The notes under the pieces: model-generated
The model's database searches: none
The model's input: only the letters and a program-made list of their open reading frames with translations
Told to the model about the DNA's origin: nothing
DNA from: an uncultured Eubacteriales bacterium
GTDB lineage: Bacteria; Acidobacteriota; Aminicenantia; Aminicenantales; Aminicenantaceae
Direction of reading: 5' to 3'
DNA: 64,000 bases
NCBI GenBank assembly: GCA_964406575.1
Contig: CAYOSH010000003.1
Coordinates: forward strand, 64,447-128,446
Shown here: piece after piece, positions 55,287 to 64,000 of the stretch
How positions within the stretch are numbered: the first letter of the stretch is position 1
Layout: each line of letters opens with the position of its first letter
Program-made: the position numbers and the translations under genes

Positions 55287-55427
55287 AAACATCTCCACTC
55301 CCACGCTCTGATGAATATTCATTGACTCTATTGAATGATCAGATTGTGTGATGGAGAAAACCGAAGGGAAGTTCTGGTCGGGCTTGGATACTCGGATATT
55401 TCTCATCACGGATTTATCGATACTTCC
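55287..55427 (-). mobile_element. MITE-like repeat, family B short copy (B4, ~140 bp; hppA-side boundary approximate)
   Basis: Plus-strand GATGGAGAAAACCGAAGGGAAGTTCTGGTCGGGC matches the plus strand of B3 (GGTGGAGAAAACCGTGAGAAGGGCTGGACGGGC). It ends CATCACGGATTTATCGATACTTCC at 55427. Confidence 0.6.
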
Positions 55428-55436
55428 TCCATCCTA

Positions 55437-55604
55437 GGAAGCATCCTTATTTCCGTGATGCTCTCAAGTCAAATGATAATAGCAGGAGTTCGTTACAGTC
55501 CACATTCGTCAAATACCCCCCACCCACCATCATCCGACTCATAAGGACAGTGACTCGCTCTTTTTTGCCTCTAATGCCCTTATCACGGATATAAGGATGC
55601 TGAC
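55437..55604 (-). mobile_element. MITE-like repeat, family A copy 4 (168 bp, inverted relative to copies 1-3)
   Basis: GGAAGCATCCTTATTTCCGTGATG ... TATCACGGATATAAGGATGCTGAC. Flanking 9-mers TCCATCCTA and TTCCTCCTA match 7/9. Confidence 0.85.
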
Positions 55605-55620
55605 TTCCTCCTAGGATAAT

Positions 55621-55649
55621 TTGATATTCTTCAGGTTTTCAGTTATAAT
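55621..55649 (+). promoter_or_regulatory. Sigma-70-type promoter candidate for the nusA-infB operon
   Basis: TTGATA-17 nt-TATAAT (near-consensus), 17 nt downstream of MITE A4 and ~50 nt upstream of nusA. Confidence 0.55.
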
Positions 55650-55697
55650 TCACGCCTCTTTGTTTCCAATTTTTGGATATACACTGGGACTTTAAAT

Positions 55698-56726
55698 ATG
55701 AAGGTAAACGTCTGGAACACGATCGTTCAACTGAGCAAAGAGAGAGGTGTGGAGACAGGGGTAATCGTCAACGCTATCGAAGAATCTCTCCGTGTCGCCT
55801 CATCGAAGTACTTCAACCATAATGAGAAAATCAATGTGATCTTCAAGCCGGAAAAAGGTGACCTGCGTGTCTATTCCATCAAACTCATTTCCAAGAGCCC
55901 AAAGGACCTATCTAAAGAGATTCCTGTCGAAGAAGCGAGGAAAATCGATGCCAGTGCAAACGTCGGCGATTATATTGAAATAGACCTCCCATCAGAAACT
56001 TTAGGCCGCATCGCCGCTCAAGCAGCCAAACAGGTTATCTTTCAAAAAGTCAGGGATGCCGAGCAAGAAAAAATCTACAAAACATTTGCACCTCATTTAG
56101 GGGAAATTGTTACAGGAGTGTTGCGAAGGTTTGAATCCAATAAAAACATGATCCTCGAGATCAACAAAACAGAGATCCTGTTTCCATACCGCGAAAATCT
56201 TCCCCAGGAAGACTTCAGGAGGGGCGATCGAGTCAAAGCAGTCATCATCCAAGTCATCAAAGATACGAAGGGCCCTCAAGTCATTGTTTCCAGGAGAGAT
56301 CCGAAGTTTTTGGCAAAGCTTTTGGAGCTGGAGACGCCCGAGATCGCCAATGGGAATATCGCCATCAAGGACATCGTCCGTCAACCCGGTGAAAGAGCCA
56401 AAGTCGCTGTCTCAACCAATGAGAAAGATATTGACCCTGTTGGGGCATGTATCGGAGTGAAAGGAAATAGGATTCTAGCCATAAGCAACGAATTATCTGG
56501 AGAAAAAATCGATGTCATCGAGTGGTCAGACAATCCTCTTATCTATGCAAAATCTGCACTGAGCCCCGCCAAAGTGGAAAAAGTCTTCATTATGAATAAA
56601 CAGATGCAGACTTTGCAGGCTATTGTCTCCAAGGACAATCTTTCCCTTGCCATCGGCAAAAAGGGCATCAATGTTCGTCTCGCTTCAAGACTCGTGGGCT
56701 GGAAGATTGAAATTAAAAATCAGTAA
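55698..56726 (+). CDS. nusA: Transcription termination/antitermination factor NusA (short form without AR repeats)
   Basis: N-terminal domain, then S1 (GEIVTGVLRRFE..) and two KH domains (ACIGVKGNRI, LAIGKKGINVRLASRL). Confidence 0.92.
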   Translation: MKVNVWNTIVQLSKERGVETGVIVNAIEESLRVASSKYFNHNEKINVIFKPEKGDLRVYSIKLISKSPKDLSKEIPVEEARKIDASANVGDYIEIDLPSETLGRIAAQAAKQVIFQKVRDAEQEKIYKTFAPHLGEIVTGVLRRFESNKNMILEINKTEILFPYRENLPQEDFRRGDRVKAVIIQVIKDTKGPQVIVSRRDPKFLAKLLELETPEIANGNIAIKDIVRQPGERAKVAVSTNEKDIDPVGACIGVKGNRILAISNELSGEKIDVIEWSDNPLIYAKSALSPAKVEKVFIMNKQMQTLQAIVSKDNLSLAIGKKGINVRLASRLVGWKIEIKNQ

Positions 56727-56759
56727 TTTTTTTTGCGTACAGATGGAGATACACAAATC

Positions 56760-58562
56760 ATGAATACGGAACCTAAAAAGAAGACAAAAAAACTTTCGAA
56801 GAAAACGGCCACAGACGATCTTCAAAAAGTACAGGTCAGAGAAGGGATAAATCTCAAGGAAATAAGTGAAATGGTCGGGATCAAAACCAAAGATCTTATT
56901 TACGCACTTAGAGATAAAGGTTTTAATGTAGGCGCTAGCGATACACTGAACGCAGCTTTGATTAATGCGACCTCTCAAATCACACACGTGGATATGGATT
57001 TGATCTCTTTAGAAGAAGAGATAAGGAATCAAGCGGAGAGCCATCCTGAAAACTTAGTTGAGAGGCCACCAGTTGTAACAATCATGGGACATGTGGACCA
57101 TGGAAAAACAACACTCCTCGATGCATTCAGAAAGTCTAATCTGGTCCAAAAGGAATCGGGTGGCATCACGCAGCACATAGGGGCTTACCAGATTCTGTTC
57201 CATGATAAAAAAATCACATTTGTTGACACTCCCGGCCATGAAGCATTCACCCAGTTAAGGGCTCGGGGAGCGAAAGTCACGGATATCGTTATTCTTATTG
57301 TTGCTGCGGACGATGGCGTGATGCCCCAAACCAAAGAAGCCATTAACCACGCCAGAGCGGCTGGTGTCCCGATCATCGTAGCGATCAATAAGATCGATAA
57401 ATCCGACGCCGATCTGGACAGGACGAAGAAACAGCTGTCGCAGGAAGGACTTTTGATCGAAGAATGGGGAGGGGACGTGGTGAGCGTGGACATCTCTGCG
57501 ACTGAGAAATCCAATCTGAATGAGCTCTTGGAGATGATCCTGCTCCTCAGCGAAATGATGGAGATTAAGGGAAATCCAAAAGTCCCTGCCCAAGGTGTTA
57601 TCCTGGAGGCTCGGTTGGACGCCCAAAAAGGGCCTGTCGCCACGATCATTATTCTGCAAGGAACATTGAAACAGGGAGAAGCCTATGTTTCCGGGACCTG
57701 CTTTGGGAAAGCCAGAGCCCTGTTTGACGAACATGGAAAATCACTGAAGAGAACGGAACTCTCCATGCCTGTCGAAGTCCTGGGATTTTCCGAGGTCCCC
57801 AATGCCGGAGACTATTTTCAAGTCCTCGATGATTTGGAAATGGCCAAAAGGATCGCCCAGTATCGCTCCTCCCAGATCAAAAAGGAAGAACCAACAAGAC
57901 CAGAACATCTGACCCTCGACCAGCTCTTCAAGAGAATTGAGGAAGGCGACGTGAAGGAACTTCCTCTAATCATCAAGGGTGATGTCCATGGATCGGTCGA
58001 AGTTTTGAAAGATACACTCCCCAATCTGAGCACGGATAAGGTGAAGATAAAGATTTATCATGCGGCTACAGGGACGATTTCCGACTCTGATATAATGCTT
58101 GCTTCCGCTTCAAATGCCATCATAATCGGATACAATGTCAAACCTCAACAGGCTGTATTGGATCTGGCGAAAGAAGAAAATGTCGAGATCCGCAGTTACA
58201 ATGTCATATACCAACTGATCGATGACATCAAAAAAGCCATGACCGGACTACTCGAACCCGTTATCAAAGAGACCTACTTGGGTAGAGCGGAAGTGAGAAG
58301 GATATTTCATATCCCTCGCATTGGAGTTATCGCCGGATGTTTAGTGACCGATGGTAAAGTCACACGCAACTCTCAGATCCGGATAATCCGGAACAAGGAT
58401 ATCATCCACACAGGAAAAATCACCTCCCTCAAACACCTGAAAAACAATGTTACAGAAGTCAAAAAAGACTATGAATGCGGTATCGGCATTGATAAATTCA
58501 AGGATCTCCAAGAAGGAGATCTGATAGAGGCTTTCATCACCGAAAAAGTTAAGCCAGAGTAA
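56760..58562 (+). CDS. infB: Translation initiation factor IF-2 (short N-terminus)
   Basis: Start moved to MNTEPKKK (GGAGAT RBS). G domain GHVDHGKTTLLD, DTPGHEAF, NKID. Confidence 0.93.
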   Translation: MNTEPKKKTKKLSKKTATDDLQKVQVREGINLKEISEMVGIKTKDLIYALRDKGFNVGASDTLNAALINATSQITHVDMDLISLEEEIRNQAESHPENLVERPPVVTIMGHVDHGKTTLLDAFRKSNLVQKESGGITQHIGAYQILFHDKKITFVDTPGHEAFTQLRARGAKVTDIVILIVAADDGVMPQTKEAINHARAAGVPIIVAINKIDKSDADLDRTKKQLSQEGLLIEEWGGDVVSVDISATEKSNLNELLEMILLLSEMMEIKGNPKVPAQGVILEARLDAQKGPVATIIILQGTLKQGEAYVSGTCFGKARALFDEHGKSLKRTELSMPVEVLGFSEVPNAGDYFQVLDDLEMAKRIAQYRSSQIKKEEPTRPEHLTLDQLFKRIEEGDVKELPLIIKGDVHGSVEVLKDTLPNLSTDKVKIKIYHAATGTISDSDIMLASASNAIIIGYNVKPQQAVLDLAKEENVEIRSYNVIYQLIDDIKKAMTGLLEPVIKETYLGRAEVRRIFHIPRIGVIAGCLVTDGKVTRNSQIRIIRNKDIIHTGKITSLKHLKNNVTEVKKDYECGIGIDKFKDLQEGDLIEAFITEKVKPE

Positions 58563-58677
58563 TGACGCGTTCGCTATTTCAGGCCCTCAATCATTCGCAG
58601 AACGACACGATTCGTCGTAATGATAGTTTAGCTTTGAATCGATATTTTCTATAAAGAATACAGGTTAGTTAGATAGA

Positions 58678-58959
58678 ATGGTTATCGGCTTCCTCTCATT
58701 GGAGATCTACCTCCCCTATTCCCACTCCTTGAAAGAAAAACGAAAAACAATCCTCAGCTTCAAAGATCGTGTAAGAAAAAAATTCAATGTGGCTTTTGCT
58801 GAACTCGAATACCATGACAAATGGCAACGGTCCAAAATAGGGATAGTCACTCTGAACAATCAGAAAACAATGGTCGATTCCATATTCTATAAGATCATCA
58901 GCGATGCCGAAGAAAACATCGAGGGAGAGATCATCAAAACAGAGATCCACTACTTCTAG
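58678..58959 (+). CDS. DUF503 (YlxP-like) protein
   Basis: 93 aa. The sequence L.I.LP.SHSLKEKR and its position between infB and rbfA are typical of DUF503. Confidence 0.7.
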   Translation: MVIGFLSLEIYLPYSHSLKEKRKTILSFKDRVRKKFNVAFAELEYHDKWQRSKIGIVTLNNQKTMVDSIFYKIISDAEENIEGEIIKTEIHYF

Positions 58960-59168
58960 TATGAATGATTTTTACCGCTTCCGATGCTTTCATTCCATCC
59001 CTTGGTTTTAATAGCGGCTGAATTAAGCTTTTGTGCTCTTTCTGTCGGGAACGATATTTTGTCAGCATTAGGGCTAAAAATAAGTTATTTATCGTTGATA
59101 AAATCAACGGGATAGAGTAAAAATATGTGTTCTGTAGCATAAAAACACAACGGAAAAGAAAAAAGAAA

Positions 59169-59528
59169 ATGACAGAAAATCGAAGACAGAAAAGGGTTTC
59201 GAGCCTCATCAAAGAGGTGCTCAGTCTACTCCTCATTGACGCGGTCCAGGATTTGCACTCCACCGGCCTCATCTCCATCACTCGAATAGAGATGACGAAG
59301 GACTTAAAGACCGCATACGTCTACCTTAGCTTCTATGGTGCAGAGCACAGAGAGGAGATATTGGAGGGGCTGAATGAACGAGTGGGATATTTCAGAAAAT
59401 CTATTGCCTCTGAAATAAATTTAAAGTATAATCCGATGCTCATTTTTTCATATGATCCAATCCTCAGCTACGAAGAAAAAATTGATTCTTTATTAGCTAA
59501 GATAAAAAAAGATGAAAAAACAAGTTGA
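59169..59528 (+). CDS. rbfA: Ribosome-binding factor A
   Basis: Start moved to MTENRRQKRVSSLIKEVLS. Also ITRIEMTKDLKTAYVYLS. Confidence 0.88.
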   Translation: MTENRRQKRVSSLIKEVLSLLLIDAVQDLHSTGLISITRIEMTKDLKTAYVYLSFYGAEHREEILEGLNERVGYFRKSIASEINLKYNPMLIFSYDPILSYEEKIDSLLAKIKKDEKTS

Positions 59529-60492
59529 TCTGATAAGCCAAAAAATCCTTCAAAGCCAACGGATCGCTATCACATCACACCTGCGTCCTGATGGGGATTC
59601 CATATGCACAGCACTTGCACTGTACTTCATGGGAAAATCCCTGGGAAAGGACGTCTCTCTTATAAACAAAGACAAGACACCCGTCCCCTTTAACAGTGTC
59701 CCTGACGTCGAGAACATCACGATTGGCCAGATTCCTCCGAATGTCTATGATAGCGTCATTCTGTTGGAATGTGCGAATGTTTCCCGGTCCGGCCAGAATC
59801 ATCTAGACGACTACTTTAAAATCAACATTGATCACCATCACTCCAATGACTATTACGGAGATATCAACTGGGTGAATCCAGAGGCAGCCGCTGTGGCGTG
59901 TTTGGCCTTCGAGTTGGGAGAGCACATGGACATCGAATTTACGCCAAAGATCGCCAGTCATCTCTACTGTGCAGTCGTCTCGGACACCGGGTCCTTCCAG
60001 TTCTCAAACACAAAAGCGCAAGCATTCGAGATCTCCTACAAGTTGATCAAATACGGAGCGAGTCCGATAAAAGTTTCAGAACTTCTCTTCAACAATAATT
60101 CTCCAGAAAAAATCAAGCTTCTCGGTCAGGTCCTCTCAACACTCACCATGAATGAGAAAGGAAACATAGCTGTCATCAGTATGTTCAAAAAGAATCTGGA
60201 TGACCTCAACCTCAAGCAAATCGATACAGAAGACATCACTACATTGGCCCGGTCAATCCAAGGTGTTGAGATCGTTCTCTTTTTTAAAGAGATGGACAAA
60301 AATACATATCGTGTCAGTCTCAGGTCTAAGGGAAATGCCAATTCTGCCATGGTTGCAGAGCATTTTGGAGGAGGAGGGCATCTTCATGCTGCAGGATTTA
60401 CTGTCACAGGCCATTACGAACAACTATTAAAGGAGATTCCAAAGACTGTCGAGAAGCTCATTAAATCAAGCACAGATATCCCCTCCACTTAA
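59512..60492 (+). CDS. DHH/DHHA1-family phosphoesterase (NrnA-like)
   Basis: HLRPDGDS, NIDHHHSN and GGGGHLHAAG motifs. Confidence 0.85.
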   Translation: MKKQVDLISQKILQSQRIAITSHLRPDGDSICTALALYFMGKSLGKDVSLINKDKTPVPFNSVPDVENITIGQIPPNVYDSVILLECANVSRSGQNHLDDYFKINIDHHHSNDYYGDINWVNPEAAAVACLAFELGEHMDIEFTPKIASHLYCAVVSDTGSFQFSNTKAQAFEISYKLIKYGASPIKVSELLFNNNSPEKIKLLGQVLSTLTMNEKGNIAVISMFKKNLDDLNLKQIDTEDITTLARSIQGVEIVLFFKEMDKNTYRVSLRSKGNANSAMVAEHFGGGGHLHAAGFTVTGHYEQLLKEIPKTVEKLIKSSTDIPST

Positions 60493-60526
60493 GCCCGAAT
60501 TTTCTTTAGAGCCAGACATAGTTTCC

Positions 60527-61468
60527 ATGGATGGACTGATCCTTATCAACAAACCCCAAAGACTCACCTCACATGATGTCGTCCAAAATGTTAGAAAACT
60601 TCTGGGCATCCAAAGGGTGGGCCATTTCGGAACGCTCGATCCCCTTGCCACAGGTCTTATGATCGTTGCTTTGGGAAAAGCAACGCGGTTTTTCCCCTTC
60701 TATTCCAAGCTCGATAAAGTATATCTGGGTCAGATCAGGTTGGGCTTTTCCACAAATACTTATGATGCAGATGGCAGTCCTTCTTCTGTCGAAAAGACAG
60801 ATTATCCATCCGAGCAACTCCTCTTGAAAACCATGGAGAAATTTGTGGGGGAGATCGAACAGATCCCTCCGGTCTTCTCAGCAAAAAAATTCAAAGGAAA
60901 ACCCCTCTATATATTCGCGAGAAAAAACAGAGAGGTGAAACCGAAGTCTGTACGAATCCACATCCACCAATTCCAATTGGAAGCCTACGATCCTCCATTT
61001 ATCAAATTCTGCGCGGCATGTTCATCGGGGACCTATATTCGCTCCCTGGCTCATGATCTCGGACAAGCGTTGCAGTGTGGAGCGCATCTCTCCCGACTCG
61101 AGAGAATTGCCATAGGAAACTTTGCTATCCAATCGAGCTGTCCCCTGGATACGCTCGAAAATCTCGTGAGAGAGAACAAAATCGAGGATGTCCTCATCCC
61201 TCTCGAATCTGTCCTTCCCGAAATCCCAAAAATCACACTCACCGATGAGGGGGTTGCTTTGGCAGAAAACGGAAATTTGATTCTTGCGGAACACATTTGC
61301 TCCGCTTTTCCAGGAGAACGCGATTGTTTAAACGGCGGATCGGACAGGGCAGACATCACCAGGATGTTCACTCAAGACGGAAAGCTTGTTGCACTGGGGA
61401 GGGCCCAAACTGACAGAGTTGGAATACACCCTTTTCTGGTTATTGACTCTAGAGAGTCCGAAATGTAA
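60527..61468 (+). CDS. truB: tRNA pseudouridine(55) synthase
   Basis: GHFGTLDPLATG catalytic motif, then YIRSLAHDLG and a C-terminal PUA-like extension. Confidence 0.92.
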   Translation: MDGLILINKPQRLTSHDVVQNVRKLLGIQRVGHFGTLDPLATGLMIVALGKATRFFPFYSKLDKVYLGQIRLGFSTNTYDADGSPSSVEKTDYPSEQLLLKTMEKFVGEIEQIPPVFSAKKFKGKPLYIFARKNREVKPKSVRIHIHQFQLEAYDPPFIKFCAACSSGTYIRSLAHDLGQALQCGAHLSRLERIAIGNFAIQSSCPLDTLENLVRENKIEDVLIPLESVLPEIPKITLTDEGVALAENGNLILAEHICSAFPGERDCLNGGSDRADITRMFTQDGKLVALGRAQTDRVGIHPFLVIDSRESEM

Positions 61469-61480
61469 AGTAAGGCCAGA

Positions 61481-62953
61481 ATGCAGAGAAGAGAATCCTT
61501 CGCCTCCAAGTGGGGAATCATTTTTGCCGGCTTAGGTATGGCTGTTGGAACCGGGAACATTTGGCGATTTCCTCGAATTGTATCTCAACAGGGTGGCGGC
61601 GCTTTTATTATCGCATGGCTTCTATTCCTTTGTCTCTGGTCGATCCCTCTTCTTACGATAGAGATCTCCATAGGAAAAAAGACGCGTCTGGGAGTTATCG
61701 GTTCATTTAGAGAGATTATCGGCGAGAAGTTTGCATGGATGGGCACATTTGTCGCTTTTGTGACAACAGCCATCATGTTTTACTATTCCGTGGTCACAGG
61801 ATGGTGTATCAAGTACTTTCTGGCTGCCTCTTTGCAGGGATTGATCAAAAAAGAGTCCTCAGAATTCTGGCAATCCTTTACCAGCTCTTGGGAGCCGGTG
61901 ATCTTTCACTTCCTCGCTATCAGCGTGGGCGCTTTAATCATTTATCGTGGAGTCGTCAAAGGCATCGAGCGTGTCAATAAAATCCTCATCCCTTCACTGT
62001 TCATCCTTTTAATCATTGCAGGCATTCGGGCCATCACCTTACCCGGGGCCTTTCACGGCCTGGATTTTCTGTTTTCCCCTAACCTCGCCAGGCTTACGGA
62101 TTATAAAGTGTGGTTAAATGCACTGACTCAGTCGGCATGGTCGAATGGAGCAGGGTGGGGATTAATCCTCACTTATGCGGTCTACACACGCAAAAAAGAA
62201 AATCCTTTCCTGACAGCCACCACTTTGGGTTTCGGAAACTCACTGGCTTCACTGCTGGCTGCATGTGCAATCATCCCCACTGTATTTGCCTACTTTTCCA
62301 CACAGAATTTCTCTCAAGAAAAAGTGCTGGATGTTATGAGATCCGACAACCAAGGGCTGACATTCATCTGGATACCCAAACTCTTTTCTGGTGTTCCAGC
62401 GGGTTCCTTCTTTCTGGCGCTGTTTTTTTTGGCGCTCACTTTTGCCGCTTTTTCCTCTCTAATTTCCATGATAGAACTTGTGACTCGCCTATTCATGGAT
62501 ACGGGGATGACACGAAAAAAGGCGGCCCTGCTTGTGGCCGTTTTTGCGTTTCTCTTCGGTCTTCCGTCCGCCATTAGCATGGGATTTTTCAACAATCAGG
62601 ATTGGGTCTGGAGCATAGGTCTCATGTTGAGCGGTTTCTTTTTCGTCATAGCCGTCTTCAAATTCGGACCGCAGAGATTTCGCAGAGAGGTTGTCTCTTT
62701 ACCGGAAAAAGCTGTGAAAGTTGGCAGATGGTTCGACATTATTGTTTTTGTCTTCCTTCCCCTCCAATTTTTCGCTATGATATTCTGGTGGTTTTGGCAA
62801 AGTTATTCTGCAGATCCGGATAACTGGCTCAAGATCAATGCTGAGTTCTCGGTGGGCACTGTTTTGTTTCAGCTGACAGTCGCCATTGTGATCTTTATCC
62901 TTTTGAATCGAATCATCACAAAAAATATAGAACGATCGACCGATGAGTATTGA
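61481..62953 (+). CDS. Sodium-dependent (NSS/SNF family) transporter
   Basis: GMAVGTGNIWRFP motif and ~11-12 TM. Confidence 0.88.
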   Translation: MQRRESFASKWGIIFAGLGMAVGTGNIWRFPRIVSQQGGGAFIIAWLLFLCLWSIPLLTIEISIGKKTRLGVIGSFREIIGEKFAWMGTFVAFVTTAIMFYYSVVTGWCIKYFLAASLQGLIKKESSEFWQSFTSSWEPVIFHFLAISVGALIIYRGVVKGIERVNKILIPSLFILLIIAGIRAITLPGAFHGLDFLFSPNLARLTDYKVWLNALTQSAWSNGAGWGLILTYAVYTRKKENPFLTATTLGFGNSLASLLAACAIIPTVFAYFSTQNFSQEKVLDVMRSDNQGLTFIWIPKLFSGVPAGSFFLALFFLALTFAAFSSLISMIELVTRLFMDTGMTRKKAALLVAVFAFLFGLPSAISMGFFNNQDWVWSIGLMLSGFFFVIAVFKFGPQRFRREVVSLPEKAVKVGRWFDIIVFVFLPLQFFAMIFWWFWQSYSADPDNWLKINAEFSVGTVLFQLTVAIVIFILLNRIITKNIERSTDEY

Positions 62954-63038
62954 TGCCATAGTTTTTATGGTTTTTGCCTTCGCCATCTGTATCGGTGGTT
63001 TCTCATATTCTCTGTACTTTTCCTCCAAAAACAAATAG
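62943..63038 (+). CDS. MetS-like small membrane subunit of the NSS transporter (31 aa)
   Basis: Below the ORF-track cutoff. The ATG overlaps the transporter's 3' end. It encodes MSIDAIVFMVFAFAICIGGFSYSLYFSSKNK: a single TM and a basic tail, as in the small subunits I recall next to NSS genes. Confidence 0.6.
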   Translation: MSIDAIVFMVFAFAICIGGFSYSLYFSSKNK

Positions 63039-63236
63039 GTCATAATTCTTTGACTCTTCTATCCCGTTACCCAGAAGAGTCTGTCTCACCCCGCATCTCT
63101 TGTGTCTCTCTTTGCGTGGTATTGTTAAGAATTTTTACAATTTTGCTGAAATTTATACTTTTTTGGAGTACAGGAAGCTGCATTCGGGGGGTAAAGTCTT
63201 GAATTTTGGGGAGAGGTATTGTATTGTAGATAGGAA

Positions 63237-63515
63237 ATGAGATTAAACAAGAACCAGATCGAACACATGGCATTCAATATCGTCAGGAATCTGCTCAAAG
63301 AGGAAAAAATCATCGCAGAGAGCAAGAACGATCTCATTGCAGAAATATCCCATCTCCTCACAGATGAATTTCTGAAAGAGGATAAATTGGACCAAGAAGT
63401 GAGGGAGATCCTTAACCAGCACATGGAGAAAATCCGGAAAGAAAACATCGAATACCAGACCATGTTCCGAATGATTAAGACTAAGCTAGCCAAAGAAAGG
63501 AATTTAGTCCTGTGA
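63237..63515 (+). CDS. DUF507 family protein
   Basis: 92 aa. MRLNKNQIEHMAFNIVRNLLKEEKI... has the DUF507-type N-terminus. Paired with a paralog that overlaps it by 4 nt. Confidence 0.6.
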   Translation: MRLNKNQIEHMAFNIVRNLLKEEKIIAESKNDLIAEISHLLTDEFLKEDKLDQEVREILNQHMEKIRKENIEYQTMFRMIKTKLAKERNLVL

Positions 63516-63799
63516 GTATTCGTCTTTCAAGAGAAAAGGTAAATTTCCTGGCGCGCCAGATCCTCAATCAGCTGTTCGAAAATGACGATATTGAATTCCT
63601 CGACGAGCCGAACGAGATCAGGCTTACTGTCGTGAAGAGCATCGAAGAAGAGATGAAACTCTATGATCTGATAGATAAACGTGCTGTAGAAAAGATCGAA
63701 TCTCAGAAAAAGGCTATCAAAGAAGGAAGCCGAGAGTGGGAAATTCTGTATCGCAAATATTATAACGATGAAATCACAAAACTCGGAAAGTTTTTTTAG
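63512..63799 (+). CDS. DUF507 family protein (paralog)
   Basis: 95 aa. MSIRLSREKVNFLARQILNQLFENDDIEF. Confidence 0.6.
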   Translation: MSIRLSREKVNFLARQILNQLFENDDIEFLDEPNEIRLTVVKSIEEEMKLYDLIDKRAVEKIESQKKAIKEGSREWEILYRKYYNDEITKLGKFF

Positions 63800-64000
63800 C
63801 TAGATACACATCCCTTCTTCTTCAAATACACTTCGAGCGCTGTTTTCCAATGTGAAAAATGGGTGATGCCAATTTTTTCGGCATTCCTGTTTTGGAGGAC
63901 GGAATAGCCTGGACGGGGCGCCTTGGCACCAAACGTCCGGGAATCCACAGCTTCTGGACGCACATCAGAATCCAGTAACTCAAAAACCGCCTCCGCAAAC
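63800..64000 (-). CDS. rfbD: dTDP-4-dehydrorhamnose reductase-like protein, C-terminal fragment (5' part beyond the window end)
   Basis: My minus-strand translation is ..FAEAVFELLDSDVRPEAVDSRTFGAKAPRPGYSVLQNRNAEKIGITHFSHWKTALEVYLKKKGCVS*. The RP.YSVL motif is typical of the RfbD C-terminus. Confidence 0.55.

Noticed and set aside
1-64000. A search for CRISPR arrays, tRNA/rRNA/tmRNA genes, integrases, transposases, toxin-antitoxin or known defence-system genes.
   Set aside because: None was found by reading both strands. The only repeated sequences are the dispersed inverted-repeat elements, which are not regularly spaced and have no spacers.

Overview
This is a 64-kb chromosomal window from a diderm bacterium, shown by the TolC, BamD and beta-barrel OMP genes. 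I saw no rRNA, tRNA, CRISPR array, transposase, integrase or phage gene. I support about 58 protein genes.

Gene content, in order:
- A Tat-signal TldD peptidase, cut by the window start.
- A HlyD / two ABC ATPases / TolC efflux locus with no permease. It sits divergent from a sigma-54 response regulator and histidine kinase, with two textbook -24/-12 promoters between them.
- A beta-CASP MBL nuclease plus a half-size permease.
- nuoABCDEFGHI with no nuoJ-N. An MBL hydrolase and a DUF3330-like mini-protein follow nuoI instead.
- Three paralogous sulfatase-fold lipoproteins with a Thr nucleophile signature (TxPxH in place of C/SxPxR).
- Convergent to those, an unusual radical-SAM protein with three N-terminal repeat domains and a Cx5Cx2C motif. 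Its SPASM-like tail is a separate ORF in the -1 frame.
- lpd and a large CarboxypepD_reg beta-barrel OMP.
- A 7-gene respiratory module: heptahaem cytochrome c, 4Fe-4S subunit, NrfD, Tat-exported molybdopterin subunit, beta-propeller, hexahaem NapC-like cytochrome, and a fused NarI/DsrM-like plus HdrD/DsrK-like protein.
- Housekeeping genes: ltaE, a PASTA-only protein, rpe, an SDR epimerase, bamD, an OMP, an S8 protease, recN, miaB, hppA, nusA-infB-DUF503-rbfA-DHH-truB, an NSS transporter with a MetS-like small subunit, a DUF507 pair, and the 3' end of rfbD.

The main structure not explained by genes is a family of short non-coding elements bounded by terminal inverted repeats. They fill almost every long intergenic gap: four ~168-bp copies (family A), five 130-250-bp relatives (family B), and mini or relic copies. 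They share G(T/G)AAGCATCC...GGATGCTTCC-type termini and 9-bp flanking duplications. Twice, an A copy sits exactly 9 bp from the terminus of a B copy.

All calls come from reading the sequence and from remembered family motifs. No searches were run. Boundaries of family B and relic elements are approximate.
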